From Macrostomum lignano (taxonomy: Eukaryota): a stretch of 48,331 bases of DNA. This document shows, in pieces, positions 23,241 to 39,566 of the stretch. Every line of letters begins with the position of its first letter. The first letter of the stretch is position 1. Both the position numbers and the translations under genes were made by a program. The stretch is taken from positions 1-48,331 of the forward strand of contig NIVC01004366.1 of NCBI GenBank assembly GCA_002269645.1, given 5' to 3'. The notes below the pieces were generated by a model. The model saw nothing but the letters and a program-made list of their open reading frames with translations, searched no databases and had not been told where the DNA came from.

Positions 23241-25599
23241 TGTGGCGGCTAACAATGACTATGGAGAGCGGCAGCGGATGGCCCGGGCTAATTGCAGACT
23301 CCTGGTGGGCCCAGATTCGCCGCCTGCCAAGCCAGCTCCCAGTATGTTTAGCCATTGTTATTGCCTGTCCTGTTGTTTTCTCTGTTTATCAATAAAGTTC
23401 GGGCCTGTTAAAAATGCTTATTTATCTGTTGTGTCTCCCTGATATTTATTTTGTGGCTGTTGTGTGTTTTCTTGCTGTCGCTGCTGCTGCTGCTGTTTCT
23501 TTTTAAAATCGGAATTTTCTGTTAGAAATTTACGTAAAAAAGCAAACGGTTTTCAGTAGTTAGGAAAGCAAATCCATGTTGTGTCCGTGTTTTAGGCTAT
23601 TCCAGCAGTAGCAGCGGCTTCGGTGTTTATCTGTTCCGTATTTTGCACACACAATAACATCTTACTGAACCGCCGATCGTCCCTGAAATGCAAATTTCTG
23701 CCGTGTTTTTACCAGCCTGTTGGGGGTAATTCAAATGCAGCACACCGAGCAAATAACGGGACATTAATTTAAACTCTGCTACGGTTCTCCTACTACAAGT
23801 AGTGTTACACGTAAAATCATTAATTCCTCACTAGTTTGTCATTTCCGCTTGGTCAATTTGTTCTTTGATATTGTAAAGCTCGAAAAATGTTAATTAACTT
23901 TTTTATCAAAGTTTTTTATTGCTGGCCTCTTATAATTGCTATAACAACACTGAACGCAACCTAAATCCATCAGTCGATATGTGAGGAAGTGTCGACTGGC
24001 GATTCATAATTTCCTTTTTATTGACCGTGTTAGAAACCACAAGTTCTCTGTAAACAAGCTGTCCCCCTGTTCAACACCTTTATGGGTTCGCTGACCAGTT
24101 ATTTTTAATAGCAGACATACGTTAATAATTAATAAGCTATCCGGGCAACGTAGTTGGCTAAGCTCCAACTGATATAATATTTTAATAGCATGCGCGTCAT
24201 TAGCCTGCATTATTATTAATTGCTGCTTTATCTACGCAATAATTTCTTTGTTTCTCTCACTCTTTCTGTCCATTTTCGATCAGCCCCCGGGGCCAGCCGA
24301 CCCGCCGGTCCCAGTGCTGTGAGAGGGAGCTGAGCTGATCCGGCGCTGCGCTGAGCTGAGCCAAACCAATGGTGCCTTGGTGCTACACACCATGCGGGCA
24401 GGCCTAAGGTGTCTACAATTAGCAGGCGGAGATCTACATGCAACCTGGGTAACCAGGGTGACTACGTGCATTGTGCAGTGTGGTGTGTTTGTCTACTGAT
24501 AGAGCTGATTGCAAAGTGTCCGCAGCCTGAAAAGTACATAAAAAGTGGCAAAGCATTCAGTAAAATTAGCATAGCATATAATACTCTTAGTAACGCGTAC
24601 CGCACCATTATTAATGCTGAAAACCCTAATTAGATAACGAAGAGCTGGCTTTTGAGATGAGAGATCGGCGATTGCTTTACCTCCGTTCGGTAAGATAGAT
24701 TGAATTTAAATTCACACCGAAATGAGAAATAATTTAATAACAGTACGGGTATTTGCAGCTTAACATAATGTAGATGTTTTGACGGCTTTAATACCTGGCT
24801 TAGCAAGTCCTCATTTTGCACAATTTTGAATTCCATACCATTTATTAAATGAAAGTAAAGAATTGCCGTGAAAGATACTTTTAGGTAGTAGCAACGTTTT
24901 GAAGTCTAAAATTTGATAGTTAAAAAATCTGTTGGGTTATGCTGTTTCTAAGTATTGTTACGGTTGTCGAACTCCTAAAATCAACATTTAGAAGTCGGTG
25001 CGTTGCTCCGCGTAAAAAAAGAGAGCTACATTTATTTTGTGCCCTGCAACTGTGCCAACTGACCCGAGGCTGCGAGAGCGACCCCGGGTTGCCTGCAGGA
25101 GCCGCAGACTAGAGGGTCAGTCGAGCTGTGAGGCCGTGTCTGTCTACTGCTGCTAATTAGTACAGGTAGATGACGTTGGATATGCGTAATTTACTGACAG
25201 TAGTATATGATCCAGCTGGGCAATATTGTAGATAGATGCTATTATTGCCGGAACAGGTGATGCTTGTGACGTAGTAATGAAGCACTGATTAGTTGGGCGT
25301 AGCTGTATACAGTAGGTGAACCTGGTCGCGGCTGAATGGAACCGAGAGAGCCCGGCAGTCTTCCGAAGGGGAATGTTCGGGGAATCTGGTTCAATTCGAG
25401 AGCGGCAATGGGACAACAGTGTCGCTCCCCGGCCGTTAGGACGAAACCATGGAAGCCGTATCACGCCCGTTGCTACAAGCGTAGAAGGCCAATTTGATTC
25501 TATTGTGAGTAGATTACCCGTGAAAATGTGTTAAACCTCGTGTAAATATAAACAACCGCAATCACTTAAGTCTTGGGATGAGAACTGTAAGCGTCACTG

Positions 25600-26010
25600 G
25601 ACGCGTCCCAATGCTAGCCAGTCGACGAAACGCCGAGTGCGCGCCTGTCTTCGCCGGCAGGGTGCCCGCCGAAGTCGCCGACAGTGCAACAGGTCGGTTG
25701 GGTGACCAATCTTGAAGCTGACAAGCAGCAGGCCAGCATGCGCCTCGTCCACCTGCTGTTCGAGCGAGTCTTCTCAGCGTCCAAGTCTTGGCCACGATGT
25801 GGAGTAACGCACCGCCTTCTGTCGGTCTGGTATGGCCTCTGACTGCAGGACCAACCTCACAGAAGGAAACGCAGTCCGCAGCCCAGGCAAGCCAGTAACG
25901 ATGCCAGAGATTCTCGAAAGCGTCTAGGAAACAGCTACCGCCGAGGTAGACGAACTGCTGACATCGCGGAAGTTCCGTCGCCTGTCCGTCAGCGCCTGTA
26001 TAAGACGCCT
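25600..26010 (-). mobile_element. Decayed non-LTR (RTE-like) reverse transcriptase C-terminal fragment
   Basis: Frameshifted pieces ELPRCQQFVYLGG...LAWAA, FPSVRLVLQSEAIPDRQK, KTWTL, SLEQQVDEAHAGLL, RRRQARTRRFVDWL follow the RTE-clade F.YLG...LLY..ETWTL order. Confidence 0.7.
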
Positions 26011-26275
26011 AGAATTCACTCCTTAAGGAAGCTTACACTGGCATCTCTCTTATTTGTAATTAGTACTTTCGACACACTAATAGAGTACTAGAAAAACAGT
26101 TTAATAGCACTGATTTATCTACTTATGATGTACTTTTATGTTGTAATTGTGAGTTCTTTGCTGTTGTATGGGATATTTATTTAGGAATCTTTACCCCGGC
26201 GAGAGGCATTACTGGCCATTCCGCCGACTCCCATGAGCAGGCACACAAGCGCGTGGATACGTACGCAGTCATACG

Positions 26276-26490
26276 CACAGGCACACACTCACACAGGAGT
26301 GTACAGCGGCCCTAACTTTATTTATCATTAGGCATGTACACTTCACTGTGTCTTGGGTACTGGCCCTCAAGGCCGTTAATTGCACGAGCAGAGCCAAGCC
26401 GAGATTCCAGTTTAGCCCCAAATTAATGCGACTGCACTTGGAATCGAGCCTGGGCCGCTGGCACATGAGAGCTGCGCACTGGCTCTGGGG
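26276..26490 (-). mobile_element. tRNA-SINE family B copy
   Basis: Shares cacacactcacacagg-gtgtacagcggccct-aggcatgtacac-ggccctca-ggaatcgagcct blocks with 34512-34720. Confidence 0.65.
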
Positions 26491-27998
26491 GGGGGGGCAC
26501 GGACCCCCTTTGTACAATATGAAATCTTACAATTAAGATTATTTTTTCCTTTCACGAGTAGTATATGGAGCAATTACTGAATTATTTATAGTCTTAAATA
26601 ATTGGATTTTTAATATTGACGCAAGATATAAATCGAGAATTAGCCGCAGCACAATTGCGTGAAAATTTTTGAGACTCGGTCGCTTTTTATACGAAAAAAG
26701 GTAGTTACATAGACTTCGTGTTGTTACCATGGAAACTTAATCGTGTGTTATTTTGAATTTGAAATATAAGCTTAGTCGCTCAGATTCTGTTGGCACTTAT
26801 TTTTATGTTATGATAGTGAAAATTTGACACCTATGAAAAAACTTATGGCTAGTCTTTTTAATGCTTTACGTGTCTGGGTATACAAAACTATATACACTAC
26901 AAGGTGCTGCGAACGGGCAATACAGCAATAAAAAGCTAATGAATGAAAAAAATCCCGACATCATGACAGTTAAATAAAGTTTCGTACCCAAATTATTCGA
27001 GCTATTTTTTGGTATCAATATATGAAGCCTAACTCGGTTGTATTCTGGCTTGTAGTCTTTGATGCATTTTACTTGAATTTCCATTTTATCTCTATCTTCT
27101 TCAGTCGTTAGGTAAAGCTCTTTCTTCTGACCGGTCCCCTAGCGTTTAGATATGAAATCCCAGGCGCAACCGCACAAACAAAACAAAGGAAACTAAATAG
27201 GTTTAATTACGATCGCCGTATTTTTCTGCAGTAAAGAAATTGCATATTGATATTAAGTCTGCGTTCTAAATTCTATTCATGTACGTTGCGGACGTGCCGA
27301 AAGTCAAGTCTATTTTGCTGTGCAAAGTCAACACAGACTGTAAACGGACTTGTCGTCTTCTTACTAGGTGATTTTTCACAGCATTTGGTTTAAACTTTGT
27401 CTTAAATAAAAACCAAGGCTCCCAAGATACTCAGAAAACTTCACGTGCATGCTCTCGAATATTTTTACCAGCGATCTCATCCAATGACATCGGATTTTTG
27501 TGCATGGATCGTGTCCCTGAATCCAACATCGTTAAGCCTTTCGCATGCCTATATAAGTGACGGCTACAGCGCTACAGATACTTTCAAGTTCAACTGTATC
27601 GAGTGGCACAGTTAAATCATCTGATTCTTTTCTTCTGATGAAAGTCTGACACATCTGTAAAAGTTTATTGGGTCAGGTTGCTAACCTGTACTTCTAGGTA
27701 AAAAATCACAATAACGGTGGCGCTATATAAAAAAATACGACTATAAACAATCATAATCTTGGATAAAAGGAATAAATATTAAATATGTAGGCTATCTACT
27801 AATTGTATATCAGATCTGCAATATGATGCGCCAATGACGGCAGTCTCTGGACTGCTCTTAAGCTAGTGCATAGTCCGGTACTTTCACGAGCGCATGCGAG
27901 ACTAGATGCACTGTGCGGAAAGGAGTGGCAGGATGTCCGGTTGGAAAACTGTGGGAGATTTTTAACAGCGCATGCGCAATAGCGCAACAAATTAAAAG

Positions 27999-31621
<3,623 letters not shown>

Positions 31622-32439
31622 CTACTTCGTAGTAGATGTTATTTCAATGAATTTCAATAAATTTTCAAAATTAACCATCGAAGCTTGTTGTGACCTCCTC
31701 ATCTTTTGTCATACATGCAGTAATCATACTGTATTATTGTAGCAAAAAGTACTGGTTGTACTTTTACTTTACATGCGCATTAGCGCAGACAGTGAGACAG
31801 TTCCAGAATTGTGGCTTCACAAAGTTGATCGTTTCATTCTCACATTGGTGACAGATTCCAGACCTTGTAGCAGCAGAAGACTGCAAACATCGGTTCAAGT
31901 TCGTGTCTTATCTTATTAAACACAAGCACACACTTAATGCATCCTTGGAGCTGAACTTGTAAAAGACGGCCAGTTTCCTTCAATAGTTTTTCTGCCCTAA
32001 TGCTGTCTCTATTATCTTTGAGCAGAGCATTTAGTATTCACGCATTACTGTACAAGAGAGGCCGGCGCACTCCAGTTCACAGCGTACCACAGCCGTTTGA
32101 ATTGCTGCCTACAATAGAGATCGAATGGAGAGACAAATTGAAAGACTTGCATGGCTTGTCCAGCAGCAGCGACTCTGTCCACTGCAGCTCGCTCAATATC
32201 CAAGCTGGCTTGCAAGACCCCCTTGCGACAGCGTCTCAAGCTATAAAATGCCCGTCCTCTTAGCCAAGCACAATGAGCCTGCGCATAGCTTGTAAAAGCA
32301 TTGCTGTTCAAAATTTGTTTGCCTATCGGAGGGTTGTAGGATGTTTTTTTGCGAGCGTTTCCACAAAGCCACTAAAATGTTATTCATTTCCGGGGGGGGG
32401 GGGGTTGTGCTTTCATATATCTGACACTTTATGTCTCCG

Positions 32440-32950
32440 AAACTTCAACTCCGCAAAACTTCATATCTCCGACTTTTCATATCTCCGACACTACTTAGCT
32501 CTGACACTTCATATCTCCGACTTTTCATATCTCCGACACTTCTTAGCTCTGACACTTCATATCTCCGACACTTCAGTTCTTCGACACTTCATATCTCCGA
32601 CACTTGATATCTCCGACACTTGATATCTCCGACACTTGATATCTCCGACACTTGATATCTCCGACACTTGATATCTCCGACACTTGATATCTCCGACACT
32701 TGATATCTCCGACACTTGATATCTCCGACACTTCATATCTCCGACACTTCATATCTCCGACACTTCATATCTCCGACACTTCATATCTCCGACACTTCAT
32801 ATCTCCGACACTTGATATCTCCGACACTTCATATCTCCGACACTTCATATCTCCGACACTTCATATCTCTGACACTTCATATCCCCGACACTTCATATCT
32901 CCGACACTTCATATCTCTGACTTTTCATATCTCTGACACTTGATATCTAC
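32440..32950. repeat. 16-bp tandem array CACTT(C/G)ATATCTCCGA
   Basis: Direct periodicity, ~30 units. Confidence 0.95.
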
Positions 32951-32964
32951 GAGTATCGCTAAGG

Positions 32965-33710
32965 TTTAAGTGACTAAATCCAGAACCGGAACTCTCAGGG
33001 TCAAATTTGAGTGACTAAATCCAGAACCGGGGCTCTCAGAAGAGTCAAATTTGAGTGACTAAATCCAGAACCGGGACTCTCAGTCAAATTTGAGTGACTA
33101 AATCCAGAACTGGAGCTCTCAGAGTCAAATTTGAGTGACTAAATCCAGAACCGGGACTCTCAGAGTCAAATTTGAGTGACTAAATCCAGAACCGGGACTC
33201 TCAGAGTCAAATTTGAGTGACTAAATCCAGAACCGAGACTCTCAGAGTCAAATTTGAGTGACTAAATCCAGAACCGGGACTCTCAGAGTCAAATTTGAGT
33301 GACTAAATCCAGAACCGGAACTCTCAGGGTCAAATTTGAGTGACTAAATCCAGAACCGTGACTCTCAGAGTCAAATTTGAGTGACTAAATCCAGAACCGA
33401 GACTCTCAGAGTCAAATTTGAGTGGCTAAATCCAGAACCGAGACTCTCAGAGTCAAATTTGAGTGACTAAATCCAGAACCGAGACTCTCAGAGTCAAATT
33501 TGAGTGACTAAATCCAGAACCGAGACTCTCAGAGTCAAATTTGAGTGACTAAATCCAGAACCGTGACTCTCAGAGTCAAATTTGAGTGACTAAATCCAGA
33601 ACCGGGACTCTCAGAGTCAAATTTGAGTGACTAAATCCAGAACCGTGACTCTCAGAAGAGTCAAATTTGAGTGACTAAATCCAGAACCGGGACTCTCAGA
33701 GTCAAGTTCA
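32965..33710. repeat. 41-bp tandem array GTCAAATTTGAGTGACTAAATCCAGAACCGGGACTCTCAGA (~18 units)
   Basis: Direct periodicity; variation is concentrated in the CCG(G/A/T)(G/A)ACT block. Confidence 0.96.
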
Positions 33711-33973
33711 AGCGGCTTAAAGTCGCTACTGGAACTCAACTCTCAAAGAGCGACAAAGATTGTAGATGAAGCGACAGTCATTCTATAGACTTTTAGATTG
33801 CTTGAGTCTTTGCTTTGCGATTTTATTGCCATTTTCTACAATGGAGAATAGCCACAAAAATGACCCAAAAAAGCACCCAATTACCCATTACCCATGTATA
33901 GAGCTATTGTCAATGAAGTCGTGGTTTATGACTTTAAAGTGAATCCAAACACCACGAAAGCTGGTCCAATCGC

Positions 33974-36586
33974 TCAGGCACCGCCAAGCAGCTCCAGCAT
34001 TGTCCTTAGCCTGTCTTTGTCGTCGAAGCCACCCAACTTTGTCTTCTTCTTCTGGCCGCTCCGTTTAAGCTGGCGCCGACTGCTGCCTCTGCTATGCGCG
34101 CGCTGGTTGCGCCTGAAATTGATTAATTTTTACTATTATTTTGCAACGTTACGCTAGTAGGCTGGAAGCTAAGCTAAATGCACACAAATAGACTTCACTC
34201 TGTCATCATTACTCCTTTGCCAACTTTTTACAGTGCTTTTTTGCGAAACCAGCTGCCGTAGAGACTGCTTCCCCTGAACTTCTCATCAAACTCTTATCAG
34301 GGATCAAATCAAGTCAAGTGAAGTCAAGATTGTGAGAGTCGTGAGCAGGTTGATCATAAGCACTCTAACCCCTATCACCCTTCTCACCCTGCTTATTCTT
34401 CTTCCCCTTCTCATCCAATCACCTTCTCAACCTTCTAGCATTTCGGTTGTGGGCACCCTGACGCAACGTCTTTGGCGACATTGTCGTGCAAACCAGCGCT
34501 GACGGCAACTCGTACACACGCTCACACAGGGTGCACAGCGGCCCTGACTTTCTAATCGTCAGGCATGTACACTGTCTGTGCCTTGTGGGTTGGCCCTCAT
34601 GGGTTCGAATCGCACGACAACCCCCGGGCCCCAACTTAATACAATGTATGGCCGCGCACGGAATCGAACTCGGAATTGTGCCGAGTGTCAGACGCGTCTA
34701 GCTCTGAGCTACACGGCCCCCTAGGTTTAGGGTTAGGGTTAGGGTTAGCAGACGGCAGTCAAAAGTCGTAAACCCCTCTCACCCCTCTCATCCCTCTTAT
34801 CCCTCTTACCCCTCTCACCCTCTAACCCCTCTCACCCCTCTTACCCCTCTTACCCTCTAACCCCTCTCACCCTCTCACCCTCTCACCCCTCTAACCCTCT
34901 CACCCCTCTCACCCTCTCACCCTCTCACCCTCTCAACCTCTCACCCTCTCATCCCTCTCACCCTCTCACCCCTCTCACCCTCTCATCCCTCTCACCCTCT
35001 CACCCCTCACCCTCTCACCTCTCACCCTCTCACCCCTCACCCTCTTACCTCTCTCATTCTCTCACCCCTCTCACCCTCTCACCCCTCTCACTCTCTCACC
35101 CTCTCACCTCTCTCACCTCTCTCAGCCCCCTCTCTCTCACCTTTGGCCACTGCGCTTTGATTTTCCGCGGCCGCCCGCCTTGCCGCCCTTCCAGCCCCGC
35201 TCACGCCAGTACTTTTCCCGTCGCCTGGTAAGGAAGCGCCGATAATCTGCCGCCGGATCTTCGGCTTCTCCCCGCTGGCCCCGGCGGCCCTGACGGTCCG
35301 ACCGGCCACCGCCGATCAATACCATCTTGGCCGAGCCGACTCGAACCCGCTTCCCGTTTGCCACCAACACAAAGCGAAGCGCAACGTCGCCGTGGCGCTG
35401 GTCTCGCTTAGAACGGCGCATCAGTCGGTGCACCTGTCGCAGCAGCTTGCGCAGGGATAGGCGCAGGGTGCACTCGTTTCTATGGCAACTGGTGCGTACG
35501 CCGCTCAACCGTTGGCCGCCGCCACTTGAGCTGCCAGCGGCCACAGCTTTCTGACTTTTTCTTGACGGCTTTGCGTGTCTCTGGCGACAGTTCTTCGGCG
35601 GCTTGGAGCCGAGCGGCAGAGCGACCAGATCTTTCCCGATCTGGTTGGACCAGAACGGACATAACATGTACGCTTGTAATTCCAAAAAGTTGAGTTCAGT
35701 TAAAGATTTAAATAGGCCATTTCGAATGTTGGACTTTTTTACGAATATAATAATTTAAAAATGTTTGATTACACCTACCCCGATAGGCAGATGTGCAACC
35801 GACAGCTCAGCCGCAGCTATTTGCGCGGCGCATCTGAAGGCTGCGTACGGCTGTTCCGTCCAAGGACTGATGGGGGGGGGTCGCCACACACACCCTCAAT
35901 TACCCCAGCTAATGCTGGCACCCATTTTACAGCTGGGTGAACTGAAGCAATGCAGAGTTAAGTGTCTTGCTCAAGGACAGATTGTTCCGAGTGGGTAGAG
36001 AATCGAACCCCCGACCTTCAAGTCGTGAGTCCGACGCTCTAACCACTAGGCTACAACCCCCTGATCAAATATTACCACGAAAGTGTATAAAAACTAGTCT
36101 CTTGATTACTGACAATTACAAAACCGGCTACAGGTGTACAGAGACGTTGACTTTCTCACCATCATCAGGCCCAACTTTCTTACCTGGTACACAATCCTCC
36201 ACGACCGATCGCCGCGTTTCCTAGCGTACACCCGGCCGCGCCAGATGGTCAGGCGACGTCCTTCCCAGCCGCGCTTCGCCAAAGTGAACAGTGTCATGCG
36301 CTGCTGCTTCTGCTTTTTCCTCACTCCTCCTCCTCCTCCTCCTTTTACACTGACGCTGCCCAGCCAGGAGATCCGGTAGGTTGCATCGCCGAACTGCAGC
36401 CGGCCCGAGTCGCAGCGGGCTCGGCACTGGCGCCAGCTGCGCGCTCCGTGACCGGCAAGGCGGCGGCACCAGTCGGGCACCGGCTGGCAGGAGGCGGCTG
36501 GCAGCAGCTTCGCAGCCGGATAGGCGGTCTGGCAGTTCAGCTTCCTGGCGTTGCTGCCACCGCTGCTCGCTGTCACAGTGTCTGAA
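33974..36586 (-). CDS. Orphan basic protein with a PH-like segment; exons ~36586-36184, 35640-35141, 34112-33974
   Basis: CAG|GTAAGA donor at 36184 (phase 0) joins the acceptor at 35640; AG|GTGAG donor at 35141 (phase 2) joins TTTCAG|G at 34112; TGA at 33976-33974. No upstream ATG found, so the 5' end is incomplete. Confidence 0.65.
34512..34720 (-). mobile_element. tRNA-derived SINE family B, best-preserved copy
   Basis: Head GGGGCCGTGTAGCTCAGAGCTAGACGCG...GAGTTCGATTCCGTG with A and B boxes; body shared with five other loci in the window. Confidence 0.75.
34727..35140. repeat. Short (TTAGGG)3-4 (34727-34748) followed by a CCCTCTCA/CCCTCTAA-type microsatellite (34775-35140)
   Basis: Read directly; intronic in the 33974-36586 gene. 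Confidence 0.85.
35765..36061 (-). mobile_element. tRNA-derived CORE-like SINE (family A)
   Basis: Head GGGGTTGTAGCCTAGTGGTTAGAGCG...GGTTCGATTCTC; central TGTCCTTGAGCAAGACACTTAAC...CAGTTCACCCAGCTGTAAAATGGG resembles the MIR/CORE domain. Confidence 0.85.
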
Positions 36587-36746
36587 CTGCCAGTGAGTGG
36601 GATAAAGGATAAAGCGATACTGTAGGCTTAGCTAGTCTACTTTGCTTTTGAGGGGCTTGTTTCTTTGGAGCTGGAAGTTTTGCTGCGGATCCTTGTTCTC
36701 AAGGGATAAAAGGTTTCAGCATGAAGTCGCAGGCTTAGCCAAACCA

Positions 36747-37170
36747 ACACGCGGATCGTACAAGCGAGGCAATATTGGTTCTGTTCTGTTGCGTCACGCG
36801 GATCGTACAAGCGAGGCAATATCGGTTCTGTTCTGTTGCGTCACGCGGATCGTACAAGCAAGGCAATATCGGTTCTGTTCTGTTGCGTCACGCGGATCGT
36901 ACAAGCGAGGCAATATCGGTTCTGTTCTGTTGCGTCACGCGGATCGTACAAGCGAGGCAATATCGGTTCTGTTCTGTTGCGTCACGCGGATCGTACAAGC
37001 GAGGCAATATCGGTTCTGTTCTGTTGCGTCACGCGGATCGTACAAGCGAGGCAATATCGGTTCTGTTCTGTTGCGTCACGCGGATCGTACAAGCGAGGCA
37101 ATATCGGTTCTGTTCTGTTGCGTCACGCGGATCGTACAAGCGAGGCAATATCGGTTCTGTTCTGTTGCGT
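36747..37170. repeat. 47-bp tandem array CACGCGGATCGTACAAGCGAGGCAATATCGGTTCTGTTCTGTTGCGT (~9 units)
   Basis: Period 47 (tcacgcggat at 36841 and 36888); nearly homogeneous. Confidence 0.96.
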
Positions 37171-37879
37171 GTTAGCAGCTGGTCAACTCTGCGTCACCAA
37201 CCTTCCACAATTCCTGAAGCTCCTGAAGTCCTGAACCATCAAATTAGCCATAAAAATGTCACACAAAAGGTGTTAAAAGCGAAGAAAGGAAATCTGTACA
37301 AGCCATTTGACAGGGCAAAAGTGAAGGAGCCTCAGGGAACCAAGCGGTGGTAACGCTCAAAAATCGGGAGCCCCCTCCAGGAAATTGTCTACTGAATAGT
37401 AGGTAGGAAGGAATTTAAAGCGAATCTCTAACAGAGTGCAAAATCCCGGCCTTTCCCCCCTCCTTCTAAAGCTCCCAAAAAGGGAAGACGACCTGAAAAA
37501 AATTTATAGGCTGTTCAGTGATCGCATTAATTTGATTTGCTTGTTTTTAGTCAGCTTTAATTTTGAAGCACCGTTCAATGCAACTAACAGTTAGGAACGG
37601 TACTTAACACTTTCGTTTAGCAGAAAATAGCATAAAATACGAGTATGTTTCTGAAATAAAATGGTAAAGACTCACCATGTGACATACAACAGAAATGTCC
37701 AGGCTAGCAGAGCAACGCTTTGGGGCTACAACGCAAATTTTAGATATGAATAACATTTTTAGATTAGTTGAATAGCAATCAGCGCCCCCTGTTGGGGAAG
37801 CAACAAAGAAAGAAGTTATTATTTTTGAATAAACTGCATGTGGCTTCTGACCTCTCACTCAGCCGTGCCATCTCACCAA

Positions 37880-38158
37880 TTCCCCCGTGAGCCTTGACAT
37901 CTCAGCAATCCCCCCGTGAGCCTTGACATCTCAGCAATCCCCCCGTGAGCCTTGACATCTCAGCAATTCCCCCGTGAGCCTTGACATCTCAGCAATTCCC
38001 CCGTAAGCCTTGACATCTCAGCAATTCCCCCGTGAGCCTTGACATCTCAGCAATTCCCCCGTAAGCCTTGACATCTCAGCAATTCCCCCGTAAGCCTTGA
38101 CATCTCAGCAATTCCCCCGTAAGCCTTGACATCTCAGCAATCCCCCCGTAAGCCTTGA
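37880..38158. repeat. 28-29-bp tandem array GAGCCTTGACATCTCAGCAAT(T)CCCCCGT (~10 units) next to a Helitron-like end at 37772-37800
   Basis: Direct periodicity; flank 37772-37860 is homologous (reverse complement) to 2150-2237 and 1700-1795. Confidence 0.92.
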
Positions 38159-38324
38159 CTTAAGTAAAGTAGATGTCGAAGGTCGCTACACGAAAAGTAT
38201 GCCCGGAGATCGGCAACGCACAAAATATAGCTGTGTTTTTTTAAAAGATTTCGCAAAAAAAGTTGCTGCTTTTTGCACAGCGCTGAATGGGGTTGTGGCA
38301 TAGACTTTAGTGCTCAATTCCCAG

Positions 38325-38614
38325 GGGGTTGTAGCCTAGTGGTCAGAGCGTCGGACTCACGACTGAAAGGTCGGGAGTTCTAATCTCCATCTACTGGAAC
38401 AATCTGTGTCCTTGAGCAAGACGCTTAACTCTTGCATTGCTTCAGTTCACCCAGCTGTAAAATGGGTGCCAGCATTAGCTGGGGTAATTGAGGGCGTGTG
38501 TGGCGACCCCCCAGTCCTTGGACTGAACAGCCGTACGCAGCCTTCAGATGCGCCGCGCAATAGCTGCGGCTAAGCTGTCGGTTGCACATCTGGCCCATTA
38601 GTGCAGGTGTAATC
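38325..38614 (+). mobile_element. tRNA-derived CORE-like SINE (family A), second copy
   Basis: Colinear with the reverse complement of 35765-36061 from the head to the GGTGTAATCAA end. Confidence 0.85.
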
Positions 38615-39566
38615 AATTACAAACATTGAAACACTAAAACTGTTACCACTGCGTTGCTCTGCCATCCAGGCTTCGGACTTCTCCTATGCTACTCTCTGCA
38701 GGACTCATTTTATGCTTTTTATGTTTTTTTTCTGCGACGTTGGCGACTTTGAGCTGGAATGTAAAATAGCGCTCAAATTCAACGGTTTAAAAACTTACAG
38801 ATTGGCGGCTCATTTGTCTTCTGCGATGGTAATTCGTCTTAACTTTTCACAAAATATAACTTATTCTCCTTTAAAACGAATAAGGCTTCGAAAAATACAT
38901 GTATGAAGTTTGAGAGCACAATTTAAGCATGTGTGATTGTTTGACTTGATTTTCAACATTTTCCGTTCCACCTGCCCCGTAGCTGCGCCGACAAGCGGCT
39001 CTCAAATCCGCCAACACGTTTTCCCATTAGGCCGAATTGTGCCGAAAATGAAATTTTCTTGACCCAGAATCTGACTGACTGGCCGACTGCCCTCTGCCGG
39101 CGCACCAAAACAGAAAAATCTCGCCAAAAATTCTCAATCAAAACTATTTACCGCGTCCCTAGCTTCAGCAGTTTTACTGTATCAAGTATATTGTTGAATG
39201 AGAAAACACTGGTCAGAATGATATTTTGCTGAACCAAGCGAAAGCAATGTCTGCTAGGGCCAATGCAGAGAGTCACAAAAAGCTGAAGTATCATCGAAAA
39301 AATATTGATAGAATCGAGCCTGTCTGCAGGCCAGGCCAGTCGGAGTTGGCAGGTCAAAAACGATGAGCAAAATAATAAGTTGCTTCCAATCCATCAAGCA
39401 GAGCGGAAAAATCAACATGAAGTACAAAGTAAATAAATCTTTCATTACAGCTGAAGCCAGTTGTCACCAAGTGCAAATTTCACATTGGCACCATTGCAGT
39501 CCGCAAAATCAGGTTTTGCATGTTCAAGTAAAAGTTGACCCCTTGAAGTCCGGTTCAGCTGTTCAG

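Noticed and set aside
31840-32311. Possible further 5' exons of the 27999-31621 gene
   Set aside because: Several open stretches, but no phase-consistent splice path or recognisable motif could be established.
32965-33710. 41-bp and 47-bp arrays as CRISPR arrays
   Set aside because: Units are head-to-tail with no unique spacers, there are no cas genes, and the context is eukaryotic.
35995-36061. tRNA genes at the SINE heads (also 38325 and 34720)
   Set aside because: A/B boxes are present, but there is no complete acceptor stem and the sequence continues into a shared SINE body.
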